A DNA stretch of 64,000 nucleotides from Candidatus Hydrogenedentota bacterium (GCA_963668025.2 CAXXTH010000023.1:64001-128000), one strand, 5' to 3'; counted from the stretch's first letter, positions 42,237 to 52,643 are shown. Notes: generated from the letters alone by a model not told the origin. Numbers and translations: made by a program.

Positions 42237-43997
42237 ATGGACGGTAGTCAAGGTCAAGTGGTGAAAGTGTCCGGACCCCTCGTGGTGGCGCGGGGGCTTG
42301 CGGGTGCCCGCATGTACGAAATGGTCCGTGTGGGTGAAGCGCGCCTGTTCGGTGAAATCATCGAGATCCGGGGAGATGAGTACTCGATCCAGGTCTACGA
42401 GGAGACCGAAGGCATCGGCCCAGGCCAGCCCGTCTGGCGGACGGGCGAGCCGTTGAGCGTCGAGCTCGGGCCGGGCCTGATCCGTTCGATCTATGACGGC
42501 GTGCAGCGGCCGCTGGACGCTTTGGCGCGTGATTTTGGCGATTTCATCGAGCGTGGCGCGGCGCGTCCGGCGCTTGATCGCACCGCCCAATGGGAGTTTA
42601 TCCCATGCGTCAAAACCGGCGATACGGTTTCGCCTGGCGATGTGCTGGGAACCGTTCAAGAAAGCAAGATCGTCGTCCATAAAATCATGGTTCCCGCGGA
42701 AAAAGGCGGAACGGTCACCCGTATTGCGCCAGTCACGGGAAATGTGGAGACGGAAGTCGCGGTGCTTGAAACTTCCTCGGGGCCGCTATCGCTCACGATG
42801 GTGCAGCGCTGGCCCGTACGACTTTCACGCCCTGTACGCCGGAAATTGCCGCCGACCGAGTTCCTCACCACCGGCCAGCGGGTAATTGATATGTTCTTCC
42901 CGCTCACGAAGGGCGGCACGGCGTGTGTTCCCGGCCCCTTCGGCAGCGGAAAGACGGTCGTTCAGCATCAGCTCGCCAAATGGGCGGATGCGCAGATTAT
43001 TGTATATGTAGGCTGCGGCGAGCGCGGCAATGAAATGACCGACGTGCTCATGGAATTCCCGCACCTCAAAGATCCCCAGTCGGGCGAACCCCTCATGGAG
43101 CGCACCGTACTGGTGGCGAATACCTCAAACATGCCGGTGGCCGCGCGCGAAGCGAGCGTGTTTACGGGCATTTGCATCGCGGAATACTTCCGCGACATGG
43201 GCTACTCGGTGGCGTTGATGGCCGACTCGACCAGCCGCTGGGCGGAAGCCATGCGCGAGATCTCGGGCCGCCTCGAGGAAATGCCCGGCGAAGAAGGCTA
43301 TCCTGCCTATCTAGGTTCGCGTATCGCCAGTTTCTATGAACGTTCCGGTTCCGTCGTGTGCCTGGGTTCCGAAGAGCGTAAAGGCTCGCTTTCTCTTATC
43401 GGCGCGGTGTCGCCTCCGGGTGGCGACCTATCGGAGCCCGTCGTGCAGGCGACGTTGCGCGTGGTGAAAGTGTTCTGGGGCTTGGATGCCAATTTGGCCT
43501 TCGCGCGCCATTTCCCGGCCATCAATTGGCTCACTTCATACAGCTTATATCAAGAAACCGTGGATGCGCGCGCCAATGAAACCGTCGATCCAAAATGGTC
43601 CAGCGTACGCCTGCGGGCCATGGGGCTCCTCCAGCGTGAAGCCGAACTGGATGAACTGGTCCGGTTGGTTGGCATGGACGCGCTGGCCCATGAAGACCGC
43701 CTCTTGATGCAGGCCGCTAAGATGATTCGTGAAGACTTTCTGCATCAGAACGCCTTCGACGAGCGCGATACCTATACGTCGCACCCGAAGCAATTCCGCA
43801 TGTTATCGCTGATTTTGCATTATTTCGACGCCGTGCGCCCAGCGCTTCAAGAAGGTGTGACGCTTCATCACTTGCTAAACCTAAACGAGCTGGAAGCTAT
43901 CGCCAAAGCGAAGTTGATCCCTGAAGACGGCCTAGAGCAATTCGCGGCGATTGAGCAGCGCATCACGGAATCCATCGCGGCGCTGCCCAGATCGTAA
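42237..43997 (+). CDS. ntpA: V/A-type ATPase subunit A (catalytic)
   Basis: P-loop GPFGSGKT, GCGERGNE, DSTSRWAEA, EEGYPAYL. Confidence 0.97.
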   Translation: MDGSQGQVVKVSGPLVVARGLAGARMYEMVRVGEARLFGEIIEIRGDEYSIQVYEETEGIGPGQPVWRTGEPLSVELGPGLIRSIYDGVQRPLDALARDFGDFIERGAARPALDRTAQWEFIPCVKTGDTVSPGDVLGTVQESKIVVHKIMVPAEKGGTVTRIAPVTGNVETEVAVLETSSGPLSLTMVQRWPVRLSRPVRRKLPPTEFLTTGQRVIDMFFPLTKGGTACVPGPFGSGKTVVQHQLAKWADAQIIVYVGCGERGNEMTDVLMEFPHLKDPQSGEPLMERTVLVANTSNMPVAAREASVFTGICIAEYFRDMGYSVALMADSTSRWAEAMREISGRLEEMPGEEGYPAYLGSRIASFYERSGSVVCLGSEERKGSLSLIGAVSPPGGDLSEPVVQATLRVVKVFWGLDANLAFARHFPAINWLTSYSLYQETVDARANETVDPKWSSVRLRAMGLLQREAELDELVRLVGMDALAHEDRLLMQAAKMIREDFLHQNAFDERDTYTSHPKQFRMLSLILHYFDAVRPALQEGVTLHHLLNLNELEAIAKAKLIPEDGLEQFAAIEQRITESIAALPRS

Positions 43998-44011
43998 AAA
44001 AAAAGGCTTGC

Positions 44012-44353
44012 ATGAAAACACTCGAAGAAACAGCGGTAATCTCTGATTCAGATCGAGCGCTTCTGCATGAAGTGAAAAACGTTATCCAGCAGAAGCTTCC
44101 AAATGCCACTGTGTTTTTGTATGGGAGCGTGGCCCGGGGAGATCGACGGCCAGAATCGGATTACGATCTCCTCATATTAACGGACGAATCACTTAAATAT
44201 GACCAAAAAGACACCGTACAAGAGGTGGTATATTATTTTGAGCTAGAGCACAATGTGGTGCTTTCGACCGTTTTTTTTACAAAGGCGCACTGGTTTGAAC
44301 ATCCGCAACTGCCTTTGCATGTATCGATTGAGCGTGATGGCGTGCAATTGTGA
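44012..44353 (+). CDS. Minimal nucleotidyltransferase (MNT) domain protein
   Basis: LYGSVARGD...SDYDLL (GSx10DxD). Confidence 0.88.
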   Translation: MKTLEETAVISDSDRALLHEVKNVIQQKLPNATVFLYGSVARGDRRPESDYDLLILTDESLKYDQKDTVQEVVYYFELEHNVVLSTVFFTKAHWFEHPQLPLHVSIERDGVQL

Positions 44354-44748
44354 ATGAGGAAATTCAGACTTATATCCAATATCGTATGCAGATGGCGGCG
44401 GAAGCGCTGGCCATGGGCGAAGAAGGCATCAAAAAGGGCTTTCTTCACAGTGCGGTCAATCGCTTGTATTATGCTTGCTTTTATATGGTGACTGCGTTAT
44501 TGCTTATTGAAAACATGCAGGCATCAAAACACAGTGGAGTAGAAGCCCTTTTTAACCGGCATTGGATTGCCACAGGCCGTTTGCCTGTGGCTTTAGGCAA
44601 GCACTTTAGCTTGATGATGAAACGCCGGCATCAAAGCGATTATGTGGATATGATGGACTTGGAGCCTGAACAAGTAGCAAACTGGCAAGCCGATACGAAA
44701 CGTTTTATCGAAACATTACGAGATGAGATTTCAGGCCATTTGCGGTAG
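44350..44748 (+). CDS. HEPN domain protein (UPF0332-like)
   Basis: NRLYYACFY, SKHSGV, RHQSDY; GTGA overlap with the MNT gene. Confidence 0.88.
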   Translation: MNEEIQTYIQYRMQMAAEALAMGEEGIKKGFLHSAVNRLYYACFYMVTALLLIENMQASKHSGVEALFNRHWIATGRLPVALGKHFSLMMKRRHQSDYVDMMDLEPEQVANWQADTKRFIETLRDEISGHLR

Positions 44749-44853
44749 ATTTTATTCCTAAACGCCTGTACATCAATTTGAATCAGATTGCGGATAACAG
44801 AAGCCATAATTAAGCTTGGTACAGAAAAATATCTTCACGTAGAGGTGCATAAC

Positions 44854-46236
44854 ATGGCGACAGTGATGAAAGAATACCGGACCGTACGGCAGATCATCGG
44901 GCCTTTGATGCTCGTTGAAGGCGTCGAAGGAGTCACCTACGGCGAACTGACGGATATCGCCTTGGACGACGGCACGGTGCGCCGCGGGCGTGTACTCGAG
45001 GTCAACGGCGATAAGGCCATGGTGCAGGTTTTCGAAGGCACGAGCGGCCTCGCCCTTCGGGATATTAAGGTCAAGTTTCTAGGAAAAGGCATTGAGCTTG
45101 GTGTTTCTAGTGACCTTCTCGGCCGTGTGTTCGACGGATTCGGCCGTCCCATCGACGACGGCCCGGCCATCATCCCGGAGAAATATCTCAATATCAACGG
45201 CAATCCCATGAATCCCTTCGCGCGGGATTATCCGAACGAGTTCATCCAGACAGGCATATCGACCATCGATTTGCTGAACACGCTCGTGCGTGGCCAGAAA
45301 TTGCCTATTTTCTCGGCGTCCGGCCTTCCGCATTCGCGCATCGCCGCCCAAATCGCCCGGCAGGCGTCCGTGCTTAAAACGGGCGAAAAGTTCGCCGTGA
45401 TTTTCGCCGCCATGGGCATCACGTTCGAGGAAGCGGAGTTCTTCATCGCCGACTTCCGCCGTACAGGCGCCATCGAGCGCTCGGTGCTCTTCATGAATCT
45501 CGCCGATGATCCGCCCACGGAACGTATCGCGGTCCCGCGCATGGCCCTCACCGCCGCCGAATACCTGGCATATGAAAAAGGCATGCACGTGCTCGTGATC
45601 ATGACGGACTTGACCAACTACTGCGAGGCGTTGCGCGAGATTTCGGCTGCACGCAAAGAGGTGCCTGGCCGGCGCGGATATCCCGGTTATTTGTACACCG
45701 ACCTTTCAACCCTCTACGAACGTGCGGGGCGCATTAAAGGCCGTGAAGGCTCTATCACCCAGATCCCCGTGCTGACCATGCCGGAAGACGACAAAACGCA
45801 TCCGATCCCGGACCTTACGGGTTACATCACCGAGGGGCAGATCATCATCAACCGCAGCCTTCACGCCCAAGGCATCTATCCGCCCGTGGACGTGCTCCCG
45901 TCGCTGTCACGCCTCAAGGACAAGGGTATTGGCAAGGGCAAGACACGCGAAGACCACGCGGATGTCATGAACCAGCTTTATTCCGCTTATGCCCGTGGTA
46001 AAAACTCGAAAGAGCTGGCCGTGGTGCTGGGAGAATCGGCCCTGAGTGAAGCGGATCTATTGTTCGTAAAATTCGCCGACGCCTTCGAGGACCGCTTCGT
46101 CCGGCAAGGCGAAAACGAGAATCGTACAATAGAAGAGAGCTTGGCGATCTCCTGGGAGTTGCTGGCGATGCTGCCTCGAGGCGAACTCAAGCGCATCCGG
46201 GATGAATATATCGAGAAGTATTTGCCGAAGAAGTAA
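44854..46236 (+). CDS. ntpB: V/A-type ATPase subunit B
   Basis: [38 protein letters not shown]. Confidence 0.97.
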   Translation: MATVMKEYRTVRQIIGPLMLVEGVEGVTYGELTDIALDDGTVRRGRVLEVNGDKAMVQVFEGTSGLALRDIKVKFLGKGIELGVSSDLLGRVFDGFGRPIDDGPAIIPEKYLNINGNPMNPFARDYPNEFIQTGISTIDLLNTLVRGQKLPIFSASGLPHSRIAAQIARQASVLKTGEKFAVIFAAMGITFEEAEFFIADFRRTGAIERSVLFMNLADDPPTERIAVPRMALTAAEYLAYEKGMHVLVIMTDLTNYCEALREISAARKEVPGRRGYPGYLYTDLSTLYERAGRIKGREGSITQIPVLTMPEDDKTHPIPDLTGYITEGQIIINRSLHAQGIYPPVDVLPSLSRLKDKGIGKGKTREDHADVMNQLYSAYARGKNSKELAVVLGESALSEADLLFVKFADAFEDRFVRQGENENRTIEESLAISWELLAMLPRGELKRIRDEYIEKYLPKK

Positions 46237-46490
46237 TGGACATACTACTTCATCCACATGCTATAGAGCGGGCGCATGAACGCGGAGCTACGGTGGAGGA
46301 GATTGAGTTAACCGTCAAAAATGGTGAACAATTCCCTGCTAAATTTGGGCGGGTGGCTTTTCACCACACCTTTGGGTGTAATAATTTTTGGAAAGGAAAG
46401 TGGTATAATTTTAAGCAAGTGGAAGCGATAGCAGTCGAGTCTGAGCAGGGTTGGTTAGTTTTGACGGTAATAGTCCGTTTCCATTTGTGA
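46236..46490 (+). CDS. DUF4258 family protein (putative toxin)
   Basis: HPHAIERAHERG...EEI, C-terminal WLVLTV; TAATG overlap with ntpB. Confidence 0.75.
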   Translation: MDILLHPHAIERAHERGATVEEIELTVKNGEQFPAKFGRVAFHHTFGCNNFWKGKWYNFKQVEAIAVESEQGWLVLTVIVRFHL

Positions 46491-46498
46491 GGCAAGCC

Positions 46499-46738
46499 AT
46501 GCGACTAACATATGATCCAACAGCCAACATCGCCTATATCCGGTTTCGCGAAGCCGAGGTTGAAATCGAAACCCTTCATATTAGCGATGAGTTGAATGTG
46601 GATATAGCGCCTGATGGCGAAGTATATGGCATAGAATTGTTGAACGCAAACGCACAGCTAGGCGGAAAAGGTCTTCCGAAAGTGGTGTTTGAAAACGCAC
46701 TTTCTGGCGGAGTCACTGAAATGAAGCTGCCTAGTTGA
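46499..46738 (+). CDS. DUF2283 family protein (putative antitoxin)
   Basis: YDPTANIAYIRF...D..G..YGIELLNA. Confidence 0.85.
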   Translation: MRLTYDPTANIAYIRFREAEVEIETLHISDELNVDIAPDGEVYGIELLNANAQLGGKGLPKVVFENALSGGVTEMKLPS

Positions 46739-46780
46739 CAGTAATAAGCCTTTTCAAGTAAGGCGATAGGAAACGCAACG

Positions 46781-47419
46781 ATGCGGCTAGCGGTTAATCC
46801 GACGCGAATGGAATTGCTGCGCCTGCGCAAGCGGCAGGCCGTGGCCGTGCGCGGCCACAAGCTCCTCAAGGACAAGCTGGATGGGCTCATGAAGGAGTTC
46901 ATCCAAATCGCCCATGAATACAAAGCCTATCGCGTCGAGGTGGACCGCGAGCTTCCAGCGGTGTTGCGTTTGTTTGCGTTAGCGGAAATCACCTCGTCCC
47001 GCCAGATCACCGAGAGCGCCCTGGAATCTACGCGCCAAGAACTATCGCTTACCATGAAGCCCCGCCGTATTATGAGTGTCGTCATACCGCAGTTAGAAGC
47101 CACTTTTGGCGAGGCTGGCGGCGGCTACTCTTTGGTTCACACCACGCAAGAACTCGATCAAGCCATCACTGGCCTGAAGCGATTCCTCCCAAAACTCTTG
47201 AAGATGACGGAGCTCGAGGAAACCGTGCGGCGGATGGCCAAAGAAATCGAGCAGACCCGCCGCCGCGTGAATGCCCTCGAGCATACCTTCATCCCGCGTA
47301 TGCAGGAAACGATCAAGTACATTACCAGCAAACTGGATGAGATGGAACGCTCGACGACAAGCCGTCTGATGAAGATCAAAGCCCAGCGCATCGCCGAAGA
47401 GCTCGCACTCGAACAATAG
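46781..47419 (+). CDS. ntpD: V/A-type ATPase subunit D
   Basis: NPTRMELL, RGHKLLKDK, TRRRVNALE. Confidence 0.96.
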   Translation: MRLAVNPTRMELLRLRKRQAVAVRGHKLLKDKLDGLMKEFIQIAHEYKAYRVEVDRELPAVLRLFALAEITSSRQITESALESTRQELSLTMKPRRIMSVVIPQLEATFGEAGGGYSLVHTTQELDQAITGLKRFLPKLLKMTELEETVRRMAKEIEQTRRRVNALEHTFIPRMQETIKYITSKLDEMERSTTSRLMKIKAQRIAEELALEQ

Positions 47420-47456
47420 GCTTCATTTGGCGTTTGCCGCCCTTTTGCCCGTAACG

Positions 47457-47609
47457 TTACGTCGCGGCTCCATCCGTGTGCTCAAACGGTTCTATATGCA
47501 CCAGCACATCTATGACATCCGGGCCTAAATTTAGCAGCCGGTGCTTGACGGCACCAGCGATGGTATCGCCTTCACGCACGGACAATAGCGGCTCCACTTT
47601 ACCACTCAT
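47457..47609 (-). pseudogene. Isolated C-terminal fragment of a cation diffusion facilitator (ZT_dimer domain)
   Basis: Manual translation MSGKVEPLLSVREGDTIAGAVKHRLLNLGPDVIDVLVHIEPFEHTDGAAT (50 aa); no upstream transmembrane part. Confidence 0.6.
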
Positions 47610-47665
47610 AATAAATACTCATAATAAATACGGCTCAAATCAATTATTGCTGCTCATACAGCCCA

Positions 47666-47719
47666 AAATGGCGCATGCCCAATTGTCTGCATTTCAGGAC
47701 AATTGGGCATGCGCCATTT
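47666..47719. terminator. Long hairpin between convergent units
   Basis: AAATGGCGCATGCCCAATTGTC...GACAATTGGGCATGCGCCATTT 22-bp stem. Confidence 0.75.
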
Positions 47720-47745
47720 CGTTCGCTTACTGCGCATAGTGGCGG

Positions 47746-48804
47746 TTACGCCCGATATATGCTCCGGCCGATACCGATGGCCATGCGGCATGCCTCGACT
47801 GTATCAAGGGCCACGGGCGTCACTCTTTTGGCGTTTTCGCACAAGAATTCACGCACGGCCGCTTCATCGTTGTCGGGCGCATTAAACCGTTCGATAATAG
47901 GAGCGTTGAACGCGTTCACATGCTCCGCCAATGTGGTCTTGAGCGTGCCGTAGAACTTCTCGCCCCGGCGGTATTTTCCAACGAAATCAAGGTATACCTC
48001 AGCCGGTGCAAGAAGATGGAGCAAACGATACAAAGCGCCTACGCTGGCGGGCATCTTCGGGATGATCACATCCGGATCGTCGCTCTCCGTATCGAGAGGC
48101 GCGGGGTCCGTAGTGGTGGGCACGCTCTTGAGTTTCTTGAGGACGGCCTTGGGGTCATCCAGCAGATCGAGGGTGTTATGATCGCTTTTACCCATTTTTG
48201 CCGCGCCATCAAGGCCGGGCAGGCGCAACGCGTTGCGCGAAACGGGCGCGGGCACTTTAAGCGTTTCACCGAAACGGCTGTTAAACTTCTGTGCGATGTC
48301 CATGGCCATTTCCACATGCTGGCGCTGGTCGTCGCCTACGGGGACAATGTCGGCCTTCACGATCAAGATGTCCGCCGCCATGAGCACCGGATAACCGAGC
48401 AGGCCGTACGAAAGTGGGTTGCCCTCCATGCCTTCGCGCTGTTCAAGCTTGTTCATCTTGTCTTTGTAGGTCGTGCCGCGCTCGAGATGGCCGATATTGG
48501 TCACCATGCCTAGAAGAAGGCTCAGCTCCGCCGTGCATGGCAAGTCGCTTTGGCGGTAGATCACGGATTGACTCGGATCGAGCCCGCAGGCCACATAGGT
48601 GCGCAGCATATCAATGGTCTGCTGGTAGAAATTGGTAGGCTCGGAGATCGTGGTTAATGCGTGATAATCCGCAATAAAGTAATAGCATCGATCGCCCTGC
48701 TCCTGGCGCTGGACGAAATGCTGGATCGCACCAAAATAATTGCCATAATGCAGCCGCCCTGTCGGGCGTATGCCGGAAAGGATGATTTTTCTCTCGTCAG
48801 CCAT
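47746..48804 (-). CDS. trpS: Tryptophanyl-tRNA synthetase
   Basis: SGIRPTGRLHYGNY (HIGH), YPVLMAADIL, VPVGDDQRQH, KMGKS; ATG 48804 after AGAGG. Confidence 0.95.
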   Translation of the reverse strand: MADERKIILSGIRPTGRLHYGNYFGAIQHFVQRQEQGDRCYYFIADYHALTTISEPTNFYQQTIDMLRTYVACGLDPSQSVIYRQSDLPCTAELSLLLGMVTNIGHLERGTTYKDKMNKLEQREGMEGNPLSYGLLGYPVLMAADILIVKADIVPVGDDQRQHVEMAMDIAQKFNSRFGETLKVPAPVSRNALRLPGLDGAAKMGKSDHNTLDLLDDPKAVLKKLKSVPTTTDPAPLDTESDDPDVIIPKMPASVGALYRLLHLLAPAEVYLDFVGKYRRGEKFYGTLKTTLAEHVNAFNAPIIERFNAPDNDEAAVREFLCENAKRVTPVALDTVEACRMAIGIGRSIYRA

Positions 48805-48996
48805 AATAAACCTCTTGTTAATCGATTTTGGTTCCGCAGGATGCAATAAGGCGTGATGATACCGTAAATGCATTGGGCTCTTCCAGGGAAAATACGATAA
48901 AATACATGATAAAGACGAAGACAGGAAACCTGTTTTGATAACGGCATTGAAACGCATGGTGCGTCATGGCCGCAACCAAAGATCTGGATTATAGAG

Positions 48997-49070
48997 CACT
49001 AAATACACTAAATACACTAAAATTTAGATGACATAAAATTTAGATAACTAGGGTGGAGCTTGCCCCACCG
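48997..49070. repeat. Short tandem repeats and REP-like hairpin
   Basis: CACTAAATA about x3, TAAAATTTAGATRAC x2, TAGGGTGG-AGCTTGCC-CCACC. Confidence 0.6.
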
Positions 49071-49109
49071 TTCAAAGGATTCATCGACCAAAATGCTATG
49101 TAAAAACCG

Positions 49110-49248
49110 GTAACATTTTAGCCGATTGAAGTAGCATCTGATCTTTGGCAGCCTTGTTTATTGCCTTGGACCGGTGTTGATGGATCATTCCGCATATGAC
49201 GACTGACGCCCTCGCCGGTCATTCTTCACCACTTGGCTAAATTGTTAC
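49110..49248 (-). repeat. Dispersed ~139-bp palindromic element (MITE-like), copy B
   Basis: GTAACATTTTAGCC...GGCTAAATTGTTAC; reverse complement aligns with 2199-2336. Confidence 0.8.
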
Positions 49249-49491
49249 GAATTTTTCAATGTAATTGCCTGTACGGACGCCTAGCTAATCTGAGAATATC
49301 TCTCTATAATACCCACCAGATTTTTGGCGATTGGCCCACCATCGTGTCCATTCGTGATTTACAAAGACAAAACGATTCCAGTTGGCATTAACGAGTCAAA
49401 TCCCAGTCAGGACGCATTGTGCGTTTGAATGAATTCATGCCGCATTAAGTTACCGAGTATTTTTCTTGATGGCGGCTAGAGGAGCCTAAGG

Positions 49492-50652
49492 ATGGCGTTG
49501 CAGGAGGTTGAGATCGTTTCCATGGCCCATGGCGGGCGCGGTGTGGGGCGTATAGATGGGCAAGTGTGTTTCGTGGATGGCGGATTGCCCGGAGAACGCC
49601 TTTCCGTGCGCATCGACCGTAAATCAAAAGGTGTATTATGGGCTTCCATCGCGTCCATCCTCGAACCATCGCCCCATCGCATATCTCCCACATGCAGCGC
49701 CTTCGGCGCATGCGGCGGCTGTTCCTGGCTTCATTTCGCCTATCCTGCCCAAGAGGAATGGAAGCGCCGCATCGTGTCGGATGTATTCGCGCGCATTGGC
49801 GGGCTGGCAGTTGAACCCGGCTGGGCGGAAGAGCCTGATTTGCGGCTCGGCTACCGCACGCGGGCGGAATTTCACGGCGATGGCGTGAACTGGGGATTCT
49901 ACGCCAGCGGCAGCCATACGGTCGCGCCCATGGACTCGTGTGCCTTATGCCATCCCAAACTCAACGCGGCGTTTACGCGTTTGCGGGAGAAGAAACTGCG
50001 CGATGCGGTCGAGATTACGGTGAATCCGGATGGCGAGGAAGTGATGGCTTGGACGCGCTTGGCCCCGAGGCTTTTGCGCGGTTTTTTCCAGCAAGTGGAT
50101 GGCCCTGGGCGCGCCCCAGAAGCCCGGGCGCGATTTATGTTCGATGGCGCGCCCATCGTAAACGGCGCTTTCGCCCAATCGAGTCTGCTGCTCAACCGCA
50201 TGCTGGTCCGTATCGCGCACGAGGCGGTAGGCGGCGCATCGAGCGTGCTTGATCTGTATTGCGGCAATGGGAACTTATCACTGGGCCTCGTGGAGAAATC
50301 GCGTGTGCTGGGCATTGACCACAACCATGCCGCCGTGGGGGCCGCCGCCGCCGTGGGTGCGGGCGAATATGTGCAAGGGGGGGAGGACATGTTTTTACAG
50401 GCCCTCGCGCGGGAATCGTGGGACGCCGTGCTCCTTGATCCGCCGCGGACGGGAGCGAAAGAGATCATCGAGGCGCTCTGCGCACGCCATTCGGGCGTTA
50501 TCGTATATGTATCGTGTGATCCAGCTACACAAGCCCGTGATGCGCGGGCGCTCTGCGCCAGCGGCTGGCGAATCGACACCCTTACCGCCGTGGACATGTT
50601 TCCGAATACGCCCCATGTGGAAACCGTCTGCCGGTTCGTGCGTGCGGAATGA
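49492..50652 (+). CDS. rlmD: RNA (uracil-5)-methyltransferase, TrmA/RlmD family with TRAM domain
   Basis: TRAM N-terminus, CSAFGACGGC Fe-S motif, DLYCGNG, LDPPRTG, YVSC, DMFPNTPHVE. Confidence 0.85.
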   Translation: MALQEVEIVSMAHGGRGVGRIDGQVCFVDGGLPGERLSVRIDRKSKGVLWASIASILEPSPHRISPTCSAFGACGGCSWLHFAYPAQEEWKRRIVSDVFARIGGLAVEPGWAEEPDLRLGYRTRAEFHGDGVNWGFYASGSHTVAPMDSCALCHPKLNAAFTRLREKKLRDAVEITVNPDGEEVMAWTRLAPRLLRGFFQQVDGPGRAPEARARFMFDGAPIVNGAFAQSSLLLNRMLVRIAHEAVGGASSVLDLYCGNGNLSLGLVEKSRVLGIDHNHAAVGAAAAVGAGEYVQGGEDMFLQALARESWDAVLLDPPRTGAKEIIEALCARHSGVIVYVSCDPATQARDARALCASGWRIDTLTAVDMFPNTPHVETVCRFVRAE

Positions 50653-50691
50653 GAATGGCGCATGTTGCATGAATCTTGGGATGGGCGGAGC

Positions 50692-51114
50692 TTACGTAGT
50701 GCCGCCGTGCTCCGCGAGATGGGTGTCTACGTCCCGATAGCCCATCTTGCGCGCCAGCATAAATGGAGTAAGCCCGCCGAATTCAGGAAGCGCCGCATTC
50801 ACATCCGCTCCCCGATTCACGAGCAGCTTCGCCATATCCAAGCAGCCGGTCAACGCCGCGTAATGCAATGGAGACAAGCCATTCTCGTCTTCTTCTTGCG
50901 GGCTTATCCCCTCTTCGATAAGCTCACGCACCCGCCGTACATTGGAATCGCGGATGCAGCGCCAGAATTCTTCCCGGCCTGGATGCCCTATGCCATCTTT
51001 TTCATGGGTGAGCATGTTAAGCATCTGCAGAATGGCCATGTCTGAACACAAAACCGCGCGAGTCACTGGCGTTTCACCTTCATCATCCATGACATGCATC
51101 CATTCATCCGCCAT
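50692..51114 (-). CDS. Ankyrin repeat protein
   Basis: GLSPLHYAA...LLVNRGADVN, GLTPFMLA. Confidence 0.85.
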   Translation of the reverse strand: MADEWMHVMDDEGETPVTRAVLCSDMAILQMLNMLTHEKDGIGHPGREEFWRCIRDSNVRRVRELIEEGISPQEEDENGLSPLHYAALTGCLDMAKLLVNRGADVNAALPEFGGLTPFMLARKMGYRDVDTHLAEHGGTT

Positions 51115-51283
51115 ACTCAATCCTGCCCGCCTGCTGTCCACTTGTTTCGATATGTAGTTCACGTAGCTAGATGCCCATTTAACATAAAATCGTGTCGCTC
51201 TTGCATATGCTGTTTAGAAGGACTGCCTCTGCAACTGCCGTGTCACTTTTTTCATAACGTGAAGCGGATGGGTGTATGAATGG

Positions 51284-51646
51284 CTACGATACTCGCTGCG
51301 AATGCGTATGGCGCAGCCGTGAGCGCTTCAACAACGCATAGGCCTCGTTCAGCGCACGCATGGTGTCGCCGTCTCCTCCGTGATCAGGGTGGTGAATTCT
51401 GGCCTTGGCCCGGTATGCGCGTTCGATCTCTTGCCAGGACGCTGAAGGAGATATCCCGAGCATTTGGCAGCATAGCGAGATAGCGGTTTCATCTGGGGCG
51501 GGCGGAGGAGGCTGGCATTCGCCGATTGTTTCTCCGCGAAGCTGCCGAATCCCTCGAATGACTTGCGGCCACACGCCGAAGCCGCTCAGGAGCAGGATGA
51601 TTCCAGCCAGTACGAGCAGTTCCTGCCATGACAGCCCTCCTAACAT
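51284..51646 (-). CDS. Small membrane-anchored J-domain protein
   Basis: N-terminal TM helix; AYRAKARIHHPDHGG...LNEAY. Confidence 0.88.
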   Translation of the reverse strand: MLGGLSWQELLVLAGIILLLSGFGVWPQVIRGIRQLRGETIGECQPPPPAPDETAISLCCQMLGISPSASWQEIERAYRAKARIHHPDHGGDGDTMRALNEAYALLKRSRLRHTHSQRVS

Positions 51647-51684
51647 ACCCGGCTCTCTCCTTTACGGCGCGGTGCCACGATGTT

Positions 51685-52506
51685 CTACCGCCGCCGCTGT
51701 TTTTTCTCATCCTCAAACTTGAATATGTTGTCTATGGCGTCGCCGATATCCCCCTTTCGTGTGCGGGGGGATTGCTTGAACATCTGGCTCCACATCCGGC
51801 GGACATCAGGAGCCCACTTCATATACAGATATCCGGCCAGCATGCCGCCGAAATGGGTGGCCACGGACAGGTTGCTGCCGATTAGAAGCGCCGATACCAG
51901 GTTATACGCCACCACGATGGCGACAAGCGCCCGGGCGTTGATAGGAATAGGGAGGGGAAACAAAAAGATCTCCCGCTCGGGATTGATCATGGCGAAAGCG
52001 ACCAAAACTCCCAGCACGGCACCGCTGGCTCCCAGCACCAGTGGATTGCCGAAGCCAAGAGCCATTGGGATAAATGTCGCGAAAACGCCCAAAGCGCCGC
52101 AGAAGATGAAGAAACGGTAAAATTGGCGCGTGCCCAGCACGCGTTCCACCTCCGGCCCGAAAAAATAAAGAAAGAGCATGTTCTGAAACAGGTGCATCAA
52201 TCCCACATGGAGAAAGACATAGGTAACGGGAGTCCATAGCGCACCTTGGATGAAACGGGCCGGATCAAAAGCCAAAACCGATGTGAGCAGCCCCCCCGGC
52301 AAACCGGCAAATTCCGCAGGCCGGACCGCCCACCCGGGAATCCAGGCCTTTACCATGGCGGCCACATACAGCATAGGCGCGTCTGACAGCAACTGGACTG
52401 CAAACACGAGCACGTTCAATAAAATGATGCGCTGCACCGCACGTGTGACACGCGGGTATTGATATGCTGGCTGTGGTTGATACGTATAGAAATTCTGACG
52501 GTACAT
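51685..52506 (-). CDS. Rhomboid family intramembrane serine protease
   Basis: HLFQNM, GASG catalytic Ser, AT-H-FGG catalytic His. Confidence 0.9.
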   Translation of the reverse strand: MYRQNFYTYQPQPAYQYPRVTRAVQRIILLNVLVFAVQLLSDAPMLYVAAMVKAWIPGWAVRPAEFAGLPGGLLTSVLAFDPARFIQGALWTPVTYVFLHVGLMHLFQNMLFLYFFGPEVERVLGTRQFYRFFIFCGALGVFATFIPMALGFGNPLVLGASGAVLGVLVAFAMINPEREIFLFPLPIPINARALVAIVVAYNLVSALLIGSNLSVATHFGGMLAGYLYMKWAPDVRRMWSQMFKQSPRTRKGDIGDAIDNIFKFEDEKKQRRR

Positions 52507-52643
52507 GTGCTCTCGTCCAGCATGCTGCTGAGGTTCTTTGCCTATGCTTGCCGTGAAGAGAATAGCATGCTCCGCCGCCGGGATGCGACAAACCGCTGCT
52601 TGCTTGATGTAAAAACGCAACACAAGTGATTGCCAGTATTCTG

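Noticed and set aside
49049-49070. T-box riboswitch for trpS (AGGGTGG motif)
   Set aside because: The motif is on the strand opposite trpS and lacks the following ACC and antiterminator context; better read as a REP-like hairpin.
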